The position numbers were made by a program, and so were the translations under genes. DNA of 64,000 bases from Bispira polyomma (lineage: Eukaryota), in NCBI GenBank assembly GCA_965649765.1, contig OZ287752.1, positions 52,638,001-52,702,000 on the forward strand, given 5' to 3'. Shown one piece after another: positions 26,301-37,249 of the stretch; positions within the stretch are counted from its first letter, which is position 1, and every line of letters starts with the position of its first letter. The notes below the pieces were generated by a model. That model made no database searches and was not told the DNA's origin. It was given only the letters and a program-made list of their open reading frames with translations.

Positions 26301-27552
26301 ATTGCTGGTCATCTCCCGCTCAAGCTCCACAGCCTCCAATCTAGAGTGATTTTACTATTTTCGGATTCCTGGTTACAGAGTATTTGAGGTAGAAACGGGA
26401 TAGGATTGCAACTAAAATTCATGAAAGTAGTAAACATTTATAACTTTGGTAAATATTCACTGATATTAAGGGGGCATGGCTACATAATAATTTCAAATGC
26501 ATTCCGAAAGCTAATTCACTAAGATAAATCTTCAGAAGCTATTTGTTTAAGTGTCTTTCTAAAATGTTCGGCCATCTTGGATTTAACAGGAAATCTCTTA
26601 GTTCTATATTTTTCCAGATATCTAAAAAATCAAAAGTTCAGACCTGTTTTCATTTATACAGAAATGTGTAGCTATGATTGAGGTCCAGCTTTTCGTTAGA
26701 CTTCAGTATAGCGCAAAAAGGCTATAAGATAATATATAACAAAATTAATAATGTTCTGACTCCAAGTTGACTTGATGGAACACACACACACACACACCAA
26801 ATTTATTTGTGTATTAGCTCAATATAGCCTGCACACAAGCCTCTCCTGATGTTTCTTTGGTTAAATTATTATTAATTTTCTTGAATTCTCTATTAATTTT
26901 AGGAACAAACAGAAACGATTGATAAAATAAACATTAGGGGAGTCCTGGGACGAGGTTAGTGACTGAAGTATGAAGCATTTTCTTTGTATAAGTTTTTTTC
27001 TAAAGCAGAATTTCTTGGTGTTTGTTTTTGAAAATGTAAAGAAAAATATAACAGTTGCAAAGAGGTGGGGTGGGGGGATGTGGTTAAGGGCGGTTTTTAA
27101 AATGACGTGTGAAAGACATTTTCTTACATATTTAATACCGGCCATAGGTATAGTTAAGACATACAGGACATAAATTATCACATAAATTTCTTCAAAAATA
27201 ATGATGAATTTATCTCACATTAATCAAAAAAGAAAACAAACCAAGATACTCACTGGTCCTTCTGAGCATGTGCGATTGTAATTAAAACAATTTAATGGTA
27301 CCTAATACATTACTGAACCAGCTTCTAAACAAATGAAAACTATGTGTTGTAAAGTTATTATTAAAAAAAATTCTTTAGTTACTTTCTTGATATTAAGTGA
27401 CAAGCAATAAAACTTGTTTAAGATAGGGATAACAATTAATACAGAAGTTAACATTTTAAATAAGCATAATTTAATTATAGATCTTACCTGTAAACAACCC
27501 CAATAGAGCAGACACAAAGCAGAAATCCTACAAACACTGGTAAAACATCCAT
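6086..27552 (-). CDS. Multi-exon single-pass receptor tyrosine-kinase-like gene (signal peptide, EMI-like, long ectodomain, FN3, TM, kinase N-lobe). Partial model; the 3' kinase exons are not in the window.
   Basis: GT-AG exons: 27552-27488 (MDVLPVFVGFLLCVCSIGVVYS), 24719-24606 (GFCDNR..CGFWGWSRC), 23687-23581 (CVKYRT..CCTGYTGTNCDI), 21606-21331, 20633-20269, 19922-19801, 19388-19190, 18090-17811, 17652-17543, 17199-17070, ~16692-16510, 15763-15461 (FN3), 12469-12338 (TM), 10124-10064, 9924-9838, 9397-9271, 7965-7852, 6234-6086. Most adjacent splice phases match; a few do not. Confidence 0.8.
6815..6963 (-). mobile_element. Short tRNA-derived SINE with target-site duplication
   Basis: Minus strand: A-box TGGCCGAGTGG, B-box GGTTCGCCTCC and an (ACTTTG)2 tail. 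Flanked by ACAACTGGTACAA at 6802-6814 and 6964-6976. Confidence 0.8.
7608..7790 (+). mobile_element. Old degenerate tRNA-derived SINE
   Basis: Decayed A/B-box-like head (..gagggtcccaggttggatc) and a caggtgtataaatag core-like motif. Confidence 0.35.
7852..7965 (-). CDS. RTK-like kinase exon (alphaC, subdomains III-IV)
   Basis: GATEKDKSLMEAKMAFLSSVSTHENVLKFMA, flanked by cccag and gtatgt, phase 1-1. Confidence 0.8.
8025..8900. mobile_element. Non-autonomous DNA transposon (MITE) with TTAA target duplication; Kolobok-like GG..CC ends
   Basis: TIRs GGCTTTAGTAACGTAAACACA and TGTGTTTACGTCACTAAAGCC, flanked by TTAA at 8021-8024 and 8901-8904. Confidence 0.8.
9271..9397 (-). CDS. RTK-like kinase exon (subdomains I-II)
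   Basis: LAKGAFAEILKAKL..DVVAK, flanked by catag and gtagga. Confidence 0.8.
11331..11432. repeat. ~46-bp tandem duplication with (TA)n
   Basis: ATATACGTATTAAGAAACTTTAATATAAACCACAGT occurs twice. Confidence 0.8.
12338..12469 (-). CDS. Transmembrane exon of the RTK-like gene
   Basis: GALILLVVMVLVVCLIIWRNNK: a hydrophobic stretch followed by basic residues. This frame is not in the ORF track. Confidence 0.8.
13546..14953. repeat. ~0.7-kb intronic tandem duplication (13546-14230 and 14231-14953)
   Basis: Both units start AAGATGTGGAGATGCTATGA and end ATAGACTGGTATT, with high identity and small indels. Confidence 0.9.
15461..15763 (-). CDS. Fibronectin type III exon
   Basis: PPPEHVKV..VNVTW..YVFINGLKPLTEYTIMV, phase 1-1. 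Confidence 0.85.
18310..19106. mobile_element. Older MITE related to 8025-8900, in inverted orientation
   Basis: The reverse complement of 18750-18900 resembles 8320-8460 (TTGAYCCAGCATATAT..GCTACACAACTTTA). Ends are TTAA-GGGGCTA ... TAGCCCC. Confidence 0.55.
22875..22990 (+). mobile_element. Small decayed LINE ORF2 C-terminal fragment
   Basis: Frameshifted YRSLIAQLRCGILPL..IETG..EDEQHFVFNC, typical of non-LTR RT C-termini. Confidence 0.55.
23244..23297. repeat. (TA)n microsatellite
   Basis: Direct reading. Confidence 0.95.
24959..25838 (+). mobile_element. 5' fragment of a YR retrotransposon related to E4 (A repeat plus gag start), in intron 1 of the RTK-like gene
   Basis: TCAGTTCT..ACCAG..CTACTATTATGGGATGG is shared with the E4 A repeat. 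Gag begins MPVFDCVKCLRKHEGPMGRN, versus MPVYECSRCLTKHERPVGRN in E4. Confidence 0.85.
25254..25621 (+). repeat. 3 x 123-bp in-frame tandem repeat in the gag fragment
   Basis: ATGGGCAGGAAC at 25254, 25377 and 25500; units near-identical. Confidence 0.95.
27488..27552 (-). CDS. First coding exon (signal peptide) of the RTK-like gene
   Basis: ATG followed by a hydrophobic peptide. Its AG|gtaaga phase-2 donor matches the acceptor at 24719. Confidence 0.65.
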
Positions 27553-28827
27553 GTCTTGGTGAATGCTTGGCAGAAATGATTTGCAAACCGACTACTTTTA
27601 GGAAGTGAATTATATACCATTTATAACTTTCGTTTTACCAAATTTAACAGATTCTATTGTTACTTTATGGTGCTATGTCATGAACCAAAATAGTCCAATA
27701 TATAGTTTTCTTTTATTTTAAGATTGCGGGGTATTACGTTATTAAAATTGATCACATGCAATATTAAGGACCTTTATATATGGTTGTACATATTTAAATC
27801 AACTACAATTTTTTTATTCTGGTCATATACATGTATTTTGTAATTCAGTCTAAAATGTAAATTCAATTAATATGTTATACCAAAATTCAATAATATTTAA
27901 GCTTAAGTTGAATTTCAACAAGTGTAGTCGTGGTCACTGTACGGCTTAAGATGATTGATGGTGAGATAGAATAGAGAAGATATATAGAATATATATATAT
28001 GAAATATATACAAATGAAAATATTGCGGTTTTGTAGTGGCAATATGTTATATTTTAGCCGACATTATAAATTAAATATAATTTTTTGCGTAATGAATCCA
28101 TAATGCGTATGCTTGCGTTACTCAAATCAAAATATTGTAAGTATTCAGATGTGGTCTATGTGAAAGTAAAGATCTTATGTATATATTAGCTTTATAATAG
28201 GTTTCAAGTTTGTATAGGTCTTTATGTCAAATTGCTGTCGCTTTTCCATCCATTTGTGGTAAAAATATTTTAATCAACATTTAAATTTCATGCAGTACAC
28301 ATCTCTCGTTTGTTATTTCGTTTCTAGCATTTCTTATTTTGTGTACTATGTTCACACAACCGCTCAATTCGTCCAGTAAGGTTTTACTTTGTTTGTGTCA
28401 TTATAATTTTGCTTGTTTATTTTGTTGTGACCTATACGAAAGGCTTTGTCATTCGCTTATTTCATTAACAATGTCTTGGTAAAAGCCTGGTCACACCTAC
28501 ACGTAGTAGATAATAAAATCCTACCAGTAAAGGGACCGTTTTTTGCCCCTGCACCGTGTGTAAAAGTACCAACATCGTCACGAAACACCACAATTGACTA
28601 CCTCTTTATGGAAATGACGTCACTTTGACACGAAACTACCACGTTTTCAGTGTATATTGCTTGGGTACGTTGGGGGACATTAACACGTGTACGTGTGACC
28701 AGGTGTGACCATAATGCATTGTACATCATTCACTTCGTCAATTCATATCAACAGATCTTCATTTGAATTTTGGTTTTTATTCGGGATGCATGTATTTGAT
28801 ATATAATTTTTGAGTTTTGATTTAACA

Positions 28828-29120
28828 ATGGTTAGACTTGCTAGGAAAAGAAAAACAATTCAGCATGTGCCAGAGCCAGAGCCTGATGGCATTGACATAG
28901 AGGCCATAGTGTAATGGTGCTGGACGTCCAGATCCAAATGTCTCTCAGGCCAAGAAACTTTCCATGAAGAGGGTACTAACTACTGAGCAAGAACAATAAT
29001 TGTTAGACTGGCTGAAGGAACATCCAGAATTGTGGTCTAGGGCTCCAGAATTTGTGCATATCTGTCTGGCTAAGAAGATGGCACTCTGGACAGAAAAGGC
29101 AGCCGAGTATATTAAGACTG
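28828..29120 (+). pseudogene. Decayed MADF/Myb-SANT-like fragment, probably PIF/Harbinger-derived
   Basis: EQEQ*LLDWLKEHPELWSR..KKMALWTEKAAE. Harbinger-like end motifs GCCTGGTCACAC (~28485) and GTGTGACTGAGCC (~29936-29948) flank it. Confidence 0.45.
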
Positions 29121-30298
29121 GTGGGTTTTCAGTATTATTTCAAAATTATTTTAATTTTAATTACTGTATAATAATGACCCTCAGTTAACCGGCCATCTTA
29201 AGAGAGTAAAGTTTTGTTCAGATAATGGGATATCCATAGTAAAATCTGTGGGAGTTAAATTGCTTTCATATTATTTTTCATTGTTTACCAGCAAGTATTC
29301 ATAAAAACATAGACTGGTCTGCGATGGATACATGGCCTAGTCTACATCTGCCCAGGTCTTTTCCTTCTAATACCATTCTGAGATTGTTCCTTTTGTTCTA
29401 AGTATTAATTCGCATTCAGAATATTTCTCATGGCATGAGGTTGAAGCATCATTGCATGCAGTTGTCCCAGTATGTAGTTGTAAGCCATCCCTCAAGTTTA
29501 CACTAGATCTAGAAGTACAATAATGAGCAAAACATATATATGCAAAACGGCTGAAGAAATGTTTCTTGCATCGAGGGAAAAATTTGAGATGTCATCACCG
29601 CGTATATGAACGTAAAGGATGCCCCAAAGTCGTAATATACGTCTAAAGTGTCATGAAAAAGTACTAGAAAAAATAAAAATGTCAATGAAGCGAAAAACAA
29701 TGTATCTGACATGTGGTAAACGAGACCAAAACGCAAGGAATTACGTGATAGTTACATATACAATATATTCAAAGTATCAAAAGACGTCTCTAACAGCATA
29801 GTTGAAACGTCTTATGCATCTCAGTATGCATGAAAAACGAAATGATAAATGAAACCCCAATTTTACTTTGTGTATTTCTGTTTGCTTACATTTCATGAAT
29901 CACAAACAATAATAAATGTAAAGCCAAACGTTCCAGTGTGACTGAGCCATAAGATAGCACCTTGAGGTACACCTTTTTCACAGTACAACTTGCCTCATAA
30001 CAGTGCATATAAAATAACACAATCTTTGGATTTAACAGTTTTAGAACACGTGCCATTTAGTATGAAGCCACAAGTTTAAAACTATACTGTCTATTATTTT
30101 AGGCACCAATCTAAAAATGGATCAGTCTGAGCAATCTTGCCAGAAGAGCTCTTTTAATGGTAACTATTCTAACTACACTCTTTAAGAAGGTCATGGTGAA
30201 GTATCTGTAAAGAATAATCATAGCACTCTTTTAATATTTATTGAATGTGAAAATGTATCTTTTTTGCAAGTTTGTCAACAAATATTGCTAAAACTTAC

Positions 30299-31199
30299 TC
30301 ATCCTGGGTATAATCTTTGTCATCCAGAAATGACATCTGCGTTTGCCATTTCCAGCAACGCATCTTCTTGGAGGCACTTCCACTCCTCTTCAATTCGCTA
30401 TCCTTTCTCTTGTAACGTGTGCGGATGTCTCTGAGTGACGCCCAACTAGATACTGTTTTCCCAACTTTAAATATACACAAAGAAACAAATAAGAGAAAAT
30501 GTAAAAAAGATGTAAAGTAAAACAAATACACAGACAAAATATAAAAAAATAAAATTTAAAGAGGGCATTTGATGGGGTACATGCGTAGAAAAGAAATAGA
30601 AAAGCTCCCAAAAGAACAACAAATTTTTGGGCATTCTTAAGTCACCAATCTCAAGATTGAAGAGATCTAGGATAACTGGACAGTCATATTATTATGTATT
30701 TCTCAAAGTTAATATGCTGTTTACATACAAATAATATGCAGAACATTTGATAATAAGGAAAAAATAATTATAAGATTGATGTCTTTTCTTAAAGTAAAAC
30801 CCCCTAATTAATATCTCAATAGCTTTATAATAATAAGAATAATGATAATTATTAACCATAATAAAAAATATTACATTACACTACTACAAAAAAATACGTT
30901 AAACAACTGTCACTGCTTTTATTTCACCGGCTATTTATTTAAGTGGCTGTCAAACCGTAAATTTCAGCAGGCACAAACGAGTGAAAAAAAAATGTAAACA
31001 AACCTGAAATGTCCAATTTGGCGGCAATTTTTTGCCAGATAACATCCTTTTTTGGCCTGTCTCTGTACTCCTTAGATGCCTTGTCATACAGTGATGGATA
31101 ACTCCTGACTTCTTCAATTAAAATTTCAATTTTTTCGTCTGGAAGAGCTCTCAATCCAGATCTTTTAGTGTATGTACACATGTAAGCGGCTTCCGACAT
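30299..31199 (-). CDS. MADF (Myb/SANT-like) domain gene, exons 31199-31004 and 30464-30299; Harbinger-type accessory ORF or domesticated derivative
   Basis: ILIEEVRSYPSLYDKASKEYRD..KDVIWQKIA | WASLRD..SGS..WKWQTQMSFL, with phase-consistent GT-AG splice sites. Confidence 0.8.
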
Positions 31200-31514
31200 C
31201 AGACGTCCGATTTGCAGCTGCGATTTTTTGTCTCCTCATATATTTTGTTAATTTGTTCACATATGTCAGACTGCAAATTGCGACGCACGATCTGCGGCTT
31301 CCGAATGCGAACTTTTCGCTCCAGGACCGAAAAAATCGGATGAGAATATAAAATCGCACTGTTTAAGGTGATAATTCAATAGTAAGGGGAGGGGGGCGGC
31401 GTGGGGGGAGAGGGGGGCGTCGGAGTGGAGAAGTAAATTGCAATTTGCAAGCCGCATACACGTGTTTTCTGAAATCCGCTGAATATATCCGTCGTGGATT
31501 TAGAAAAAAAATCC

Positions 31515-31650
31515 GTGTAAAAAAAATTCGGGTGGGATCCATAGATCCGCATCCGGATTCGGTCCAGTGTGTCCCCCCACACTGTTAATGATGTATAACC
31601 GGATCGGCGATCCGGATCCGCATCCGGATTCGGCTGTGTGTGTTTAGACC
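31515..31650 (-). repeat. Putative Harbinger-like terminus with subterminal ATCCGGAT palindromes
   Basis: Minus-strand GGTCTAAACACACACAGCCG end and GATCCGCATCCGGATTCGG twice, upstream of the MADF ORF. No partner TIR found. Confidence 0.45.
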
Positions 31651-34600
31651 TTTAATGTGGAAATTCGAAGAATAATATTTCTTTTCAACCTTATTAATAT
31701 GATTTGTCCAAACCATTTTCGAATTAGATATGATTTCTAAATCAGTCAGACTGTTCACTTAATCAAGGTTGTGCTTTTCCCAAGAGTAATCCTGGGTGTT
31801 CTAATTTGCAACCTTTTTGCAAAAAGTTATATGTCATGTTTTTGTCTGATTAAAGTTAACAAGCCCAATTTTGGAAGTTTATTTTATCATTTGAAATAGC
31901 AGTACAAAACTCCAATTCCCAACAAGTAGATAAGTCATAAAAAATACCTATTTCTTAGTAGTTGTTAAAGCAGTGAACACTGTTCTAGCTACAATCCATA
32001 TATTATGTTCTTTAGTGAAATATACAAAGAATAAATTACAAATGTACATGCTGATCATCATACAACAGTCACTCCAATATCTTGGCATTTCCTATTTTAT
32101 TTCCATTACTAGCCTTGTACAAGGCTTATAGATCTTATGTGTTTAATACTAATATATAATAATAAAGTAAATACTCCACGGTAAAAACTACATACTTACC
32201 TAAGACCGCTTCCCCCTTATGCAAGTTATTAAAATGATGTTCACACGTTTGCTGTGATAAGCTGTTCGCATAGTAATCCTCAAAGTATTTAAAGAATGTA
32301 CAGTGATTTGAAAGCACAGGCATTCCCGTCTTAAACCCCAGTAAGCATTCAAATTTAAATCACTTTGGGTGAATAGAGTGCACCTTGTGGGAGCTATCTA
32401 TAATATGTGTATGGTTGAGAGGTAAATTAATAGTGGCATCTTTATACTGTTGTTTAAATCTGTTTGTGTTCTGTCGTTTCACTGTATTTTTTCGACTTCA
32501 AATAATTTAAGGTATAATTTGAAAATAAAATAATATTTCATGTGCTCTTCCCTGGAACTTGATTTTTTCCACTAAAATATTAATAAGAACTCCCAAAAGT
32601 GCCTCTATTTGAAAGGGATTTTGTTGCCTGTTTTCCTTATTTCTTTGTTGACGCCCGCCAGTTGACTGAAGATTATACTATTCTGACCATGTCCTTTGCT
32701 GAGCCCCACACACACATTGATTTCCCTACAAGTGCCTCACAGGCCAGGTTCTTTGATCTTTTGCTTACCACAGGGCGAAATTTAACTAGATAAACTTGTT
32801 TCTTAGCAGACATCTGGTCAATCAACATTTCAAATCCAAAAATGTATGTGTGAGTAATAAAACGATCACATGAACCCCAGAAAAGTGTTCCGTACTATTA
32901 TATTGTATAAAAAAAAACACTGTTACTAAAATAATAGCTTGAAAAACCTTTTTCAAAAGGTGTACAAATACTACAGTTTTCTTATACCTTTGTGGCCGCC
33001 ATGTGATATAAACGGTTGATACAATGGTTTTTATATACCATGATAGTAGAGTGGGATATGTGGGGTAGTGTGAAATAACGCTTGTTTTACATGAAATACA
33101 CTCATAGTAAGGTTTTTATGTTGCTATAACTGGTATATATTGTGGGTTTCTTTCCTCAAAGTATCTTTTAATTGTGGCCGTTTATAAAAGGCTTAGTGGT
33201 AGCAACTGAAAAGGCATCAGTTGTAGGAATACTTCAATAACATTATATACAAGCACTTACAAATATGTAAACTGAAGAAACACAATTCAAAATCGACTTA
33301 TACACTCTTATGCCCTTTTCAAATTGAAAAAAAATGTGGATATACAAATTCGTTGGTTCTTATCAATTAACATGAGCATTCACACTGCAACGAATCAGGA
33401 TAATAAACCAGAAATTCTGTTAGGATCAAAAGTTGCAAAAGATTGAAGAAGATAAATAAATGAAATTGGTAATAAAACAAACCCATCTAAAGTATAATAA
33501 AAAGTGCTATCTAACTATATCACACAGTTAAATCTGTCCTCCTCATATGCAGAATTTCATCCAGGCTACCAAATAAGCCTGGAACCAGAACAATTTATCC
33601 TGGCACACCCGGAACTCGGAGATGGAGCCATGCAGTTGGGTCCGAAAGACCCTGCAAGTGGTTCTGAGAAGGCCTGGCAAATAGGGCCCGAAAGACCCAG
33701 CAAGTTGGTCCCAAAAGGCCTAGCAAGTGGGTACCAAAAGGCCCGGAAAAGTGAGGCACAAAAGGCCGGTACTAAAACTCGGTAATACCAACTCATTTAA
33801 TCTTTTATAGGATAGAACTAAAATTAAACACCATATTAAATTGAAGTGAACATCAAAATGTATGCACATTATGTGTTTCTAAAATTGTAACAATATGTAG
33901 ATGTATAATACAACAAGTAGAGCTTGATCCATTCATTCTGTGTTGGTGTAAAGGAAAATACAAAAACAGATGCAGGAAGAACATTTGATTTACAGATATT
34001 TGGCAATAGTTTAAATAAAACTCTTCTCTATACAGAACACATATTGAACCTGTCTTGTATTAGAAGGTTCTGAGCTTAAATTTCTTTTGTTAGCATCAAT
34101 AAAGCGCATTAAAAATCTATAATAATAATAATACATAATAATAAATGGTATTCACAAATGGAGGCACAAGTCTTAACTTGACTTGACTTTAATTGCAATA
34201 ATACACAAACTATTATACATTTCTGAGCCCCTTCAAAGAATTTATCATTCAAAATGTCATGAATTATAAAACTTTTTTTATGATTCTTGACAGGTTACAG
34301 TTAGGTTTGTTTAATTTTCAAAATAATACTATAAACTGTAAATGCTTATAATTCATAATAAAAGTACAAGACTTTATTTGTAAAAGTTATGTAAAAAGCC
34401 TAAGACTTTTTATTTTAGAGTTAGGCCCACTACTTACCTGTTTTGAGGTTAAACCCTTGGCTAAACTAAAACTTTGGTCATAGAGGAGTGATTCTCTTTA
34501 TATTACAACTGATTTACAGTAAAGATTGAACCCAGTAGAAAGACTAACTGTAATCTCTATTTTTTGGCATGCTGTCCATTTCAAAAGAGGAATAGCAGAC

Positions 34601-36363
34601 TGCACTGACCATAGCCTTTTTCAGGCAACCATCAGTCGAGTTATAAATTTATCACTGTGATTGCCCCATATTTCAGAACACTTGGTTTATACCAATAAGA
34701 ACTAGCTACTGGTTCCATACAGGCGACCTCGCAACATGCAACAGGAGTAAATGATCTCTTCTAAAAACAGAACATAAAAACCCCCAGTAAACGATCTCTT
34801 CTAAAAACAAAACATAAAAATGAACACACAACAAACACCATGAGACCTGCCTTGAAGTGATTCGTGGGACAAAAAGGCAGCATATATTTAAATATGCAAA
34901 TAATGGGGTACCTTCACATTGTATGGATACAATGGATATATGTATCTGACACACATACAGCTGTTTTGAAGGGGGGGGGGGGTCTTTTTATTGCATGTAT
35001 GATCTGTTTTGTGTGTGTGTATAAGCATGTGCAGACACTGCTTGTTCTAAAATAAACCTGATTAAATCATATACAATTAATGACACTTTACATAGTAATA
35101 TTTGTATTACTTTATTGATAAATTTGCAGTAATCTTATATTTATTCAATAAAACTATTTTTGTGAGGGTATAGTAATGTTGTGAGTTGTTATGAGACAGA
35201 TGCATTGACATTTAGCTCTATGTACGTATTTTATTTCTATAATTATATTGGAGTACACACACAGTGTTTACAATTTACGAGAACTGAATAAAACTGTTTC
35301 AATAATTGATAATTATATACAGATACCTACACTTACACACAATGAGTAACATTTACAGCAACTAACCATGTTTTCATAATGTACTCTTATAAGACTGTAT
35401 ATGATATTAAATAGTACATATTACCTATATTTATAGAAAGCTTGGCTTGGCTATTATGTCAGATTTAATGTTGAGATATATCACAGTATGGTGTATAGCT
35501 GTTCAAGGATGCTTTTTTTTATTAGATAAACACTGTATGAAGGAACACTCAGCTGAATGTTGTGTGGGAGTTTCTTTTGGGATCAAACATTTCGATGATT
35601 ACACATGTTTTATTGCAATAACCTGTATTAATTTCAGAAAAATCAATGTTCCTGATATCGATGGTAAGTAATTTTGAAATATAGACATTATTAATGAATT
35701 AAGACCCTCTTCAAATACAATTTAATCATCAACATACTATGATAATGTTATAATTAGGAATCACGAAGTTATTTATGTTGTATAAAGACTCTAAGTGAAG
35801 TTCACACACATCAGTTTGTGATTAGTCCAATTTAATTCAAACACTGTTCTCAATTGGTTTAAGTATCAAAAACCTAAATCCAATGGCCTTAAAGGATGTC
35901 AATTTTTATATGACAAAATATATAACTTTATGAAAGACTAGTTATCTCCCATGATATTGTAATTTTCATATCTCTCAAAGAGCAACAAGAAATAACTTCA
36001 AATTGTAAAAGATTATTTACTGTGGAATTAACCAGGCATTTTTAAGTGCCATCATTAAATTGAAAATAATGGCTTCTTCATCCTCACATTTACTTGATAA
36101 TACTTGAAAGTTGGATATAGTGATGCTATATTGTTGGGCTGACGCCTATGCGGCACTCCCCTCAGTTCTGGTGGCAGGTCACTGGGGTGGGGGTGGGGGG
36201 GTGGGGGGGGGCAATTAGGCCACCAGGGGTCAGGGGGGCAAGTATAAAAGGATTTGCCGCCAATAGGCGCCATCATTATTGTAAGAGCAATTGATAGATA
36301 AACAATTGGGGCTTTTTACTACCCCTAGTTTGTTTTTAAACCTCGTTTTATATCTATGTAAAT

Positions 36364-37224
36364 ATGCCTAACAAGGAATATCCTTGTAGTGTGTGCTTTG
36401 GCCGACACGAACGTCCGGTTGGCAAAAAGTGTAAATATAACTAGGTGGACAGCGTCGTCGAGGAGGTGCCTGCCGCCGATTCTGCTACTCCAGAGGTGTC
36501 TGATTCTGTTTCTGGGTTGATTTTACAACAACTGGTGGCAATGAATGAGAAAATGGATAGCATGGACCGACAGGTACAGGCTACTGAGGCGGCCCTATGT
36601 AACACTTCTTCTAAATCAACTTCTTGTGTAGTTAATGCTAATGAATCAGTAGTTGAGGTCGTTGTGCCATCTTTAGAGTATTTACAAAGAAATGTGGATT
36701 GGCCACAGAACTTTGTCCTGTCTGGTGTAAAAAAGGTCATACCCACATATGATGACCTCTTGTTGGTTCAATTCGTTCCTGGCTTTATCCGGTGTACTCA
36801 AGAACAAAAGCTACCTAACGTCCGAGAGGCCATGTTAGAATATCTCGCCAACTTAATGGACGACGTCCATGATTTTTCATGGGACGCTGCCAAAGTCTCA
36901 CATGCCATTCTATTAACCAATATGGAAATGGATCGTCTCAACTGGACAGATGTTGATAGAGTCGACCGGATAAGACGTGCTTATGCACAACGTCATGTTA
37001 CTTCGGCATCGAGTGGGTCTGGCCCTTTTAAAAACAATAGTAATGGTAAAACCAAAGCACAAACAAAAACTTCAGGTGTAAATTGTCGTTTCTTCCAAGA
37101 AGGAACATGTAAATTTAATGCTAGCCATAGAACTTCCGGGCAGTGGTTTAAACACAGCTGTGAGAGTTGTGATGGCGCTCACCAGACCAAGCTATGTCCT
37201 AAAAAAGGGGTTTCAAAAAACTGA
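36364..37224 (+). pseudogene. E2 gag-like ORF (N-terminal CxxC-H-C motif, C-terminal Cys/His fingers) with an in-frame TAG at 36442 and an internal deletion
   Basis: MPNKEYPCSVCFGRHERPVGKKC* followed by ORF 36445-37224, homologous to E4 gag. Confidence 0.85.
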
Positions 37225-37249
37225 GGGGCCACTGCGACAGTGCAGTGGC
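37215..37249 (+). promoter_or_regulatory. Predicted -1 ribosomal frameshift signal (E2)
   Basis: A AAA AAC (37215-37221), spacer TGAGGG, stem GCCACTGC-gacagt-GCAGTGGC. Pol lies in the -1 frame. Confidence 0.8.

Noticed and set aside
33504-33796. ORFs over short GGCCCGAAAG-like repeats
   Set aside because: Low-complexity imperfect repeats with no domain or splice support.
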